DNA of 64,000 nucleotides from Verrucomicrobiota bacterium (GTDB lineage: Bacteria; Verrucomicrobiota; Verrucomicrobiia; Limisphaerales; UBA1096). The notes under the pieces are model-generated. The model saw only the letters and a program-made list of their open reading frames with translations, had not been told where the DNA came from and ran no database searches. Location: contig JASMKO010000057.1 in the NCBI GenBank assembly GCA_030749225.1, forward strand, positions 4,724 through 68,723, read 5' to 3'. The position numbers and the translations under genes are program-made. Below are positions 63,373 to 64,000 of this stretch, in pieces; positions within the stretch are counted from its first letter, which is position 1; every line of letters begins with the position of its first letter.

Positions 63373-64000
63373 TCAATCTTGGCCAAGCGCCTGAGCCATG
63401 CGCTCACCGACACAGGCGTAGGTCTCTAGACCGTTGGCAGTGTTTTCCAACAGGTCGGCGTCGAATTCAACCCGACCTTTTTCGAACAGCACAACGACGC
63501 TGGAACCGCCGAAGGCAAAGTAGCCCTTCTCGTCGCCCTTGGCCACCGCCTCGCCGGGCATGTAGGTCTGCCGGATGCCGCCGACCATGGTTGCGCCAAT
63601 CTCGACGAACTGCACCTGGCCCAGCACAGGCGACTCGATCGATGTCACCACTCGCTTGTTCTCCCAAAAAATCGACGGCCGCGTGACGATCGCGATCGGG
63701 TTGACCGAGTAGAGCCAGCCGTTGATCAAGCGCGGAATACCGGCCTCGCCCGCGCACGGGAAATGAAACCGGTGATAGTCCACCGGACAAAGCCGCGAAA
63801 GCAGCATCGAGCCCCCATCGTAGCGCTTGGCCAAGCCTTCATCCCCGAGGAACCGCGCGAGGTCGAACGACTGGCTCTTGACGAAAAAATCGGTCTTGGC
63901 GGAGATGTCGACAAACGCCAAGTGACGCCCGTCCGCCGGGAACACCACCGAACCGGCGGCGGCATCGACCGGCCGCGCGCCGGGCTTGAGTTTGCGATAG
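63373..64000 (-). CDS. psd: Phosphatidylserine decarboxylase family proenzyme; 5' end runs off the window
   Basis: …VVFPADGRHLAF…, …CPVDYHRFHFP… and the self-cleavage-type motif GYFAFGGSSVVVLFE are present. The frame stays open upstream of the track's GTG at 63948, reading ...YRKLKPGARPVDAAAGS. Confidence 0.85.
   Translation of the reverse strand, partial: YRKLKPGARPVDAAAGSVVFPADGRHLAFVDISAKTDFFVKSQSFDLARFLGDEGLAKRYDGGSMLLSRLCPVDYHRFHFPCAGEAGIPRLINGWLYSVNPIAIVTRPSIFWENKRVVTSIESPVLGQVQFVEIGATMVGGIRQTYMPGEAVAKGDEKGYFAFGGSSVVVLFEKGRVEFDADLLENTANGLETYACVGERMAQALGQD

Noticed and set aside
1-64000. tRNA, rRNA, tmRNA, transposase/IS, integrase, toxin-antitoxin or known defence-system genes
   Set aside because: I scanned intergenic regions and ORF products and recognised no T-loop/acceptor-stem cloverleaf, rRNA signature, DDE/tyrosine/serine recombinase motif or defence-gene hallmark. 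Absence by eye is not proof. tRNAscan-SE, Infernal and PADLOC/DefenseFinder runs would settle it.

Overview
This 64-kb window looks like chromosomal DNA from a PVC-superphylum bacterium, most likely Verrucomicrobiota. That is an inference from gene content: a DUF1549/DUF1553 protein, a ThuA/'membrane-bound dehydrogenase' megaprotein, Cys-type sulfatases, and a DUF4159-MoxR-DUF58-BatA-DUF4175 operon. The window has two contrasting parts. (A) About 233-12,880 is a visibly AT-richer island. Its core (about 730-11,340) is a same-strand array of extracytoplasmic ankyrin-repeat (ANK) lipoprotein genes. These genes, their decayed copies, and two unrelated 'cargo' genes (a DoxX-like membrane protein and an S9 peptidase) are joined by a conserved ~100-bp 'tail-head' junction. 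The tail encodes ...LLRKHGGKTGEELKAEGK* and overlaps, as ATGA, a head encoding MKHLLLTTIAAVLLVGC..., a lipobox signal peptide. The island is bracketed by a 21-bp direct repeat that copies the last codons and stop of the flanking DUF1553 gene. (B) 12.9-64 kb is GC-rich core genome. It carries the DUF1549/DUF1553 protein, a 1792-aa CotH/lamin-tail protein co-transcribed with an octaheme cytochrome, an NhaD/ArsB-type permease with Usp, the ThuA-SGNH-dehydrogenase-HEAT-cupredoxin megaprotein, two sulfatases, xylB, an 8-gene translationally coupled MoxR/Bat-like operon, and housekeeping genes (hpt, moaDE, cca, ptsI, tadA, fxsA, psd). Part B is peppered with the palindrome TTGGCCAA (extended consensus GCGCTTGGCCAAGCGC). 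I found 49 exact copies by eye in part B and only one in part A, a pattern reminiscent of cyanobacterial HIP1. I recognised no rRNA, tRNA, CRISPR array, transposase or integrase. Many long ORFs in the track are antisense 'shadow' ORFs of this GC-rich DNA, and several track ORFs carry spurious N-terminal extensions. I re-set those starts by reading the sequence.
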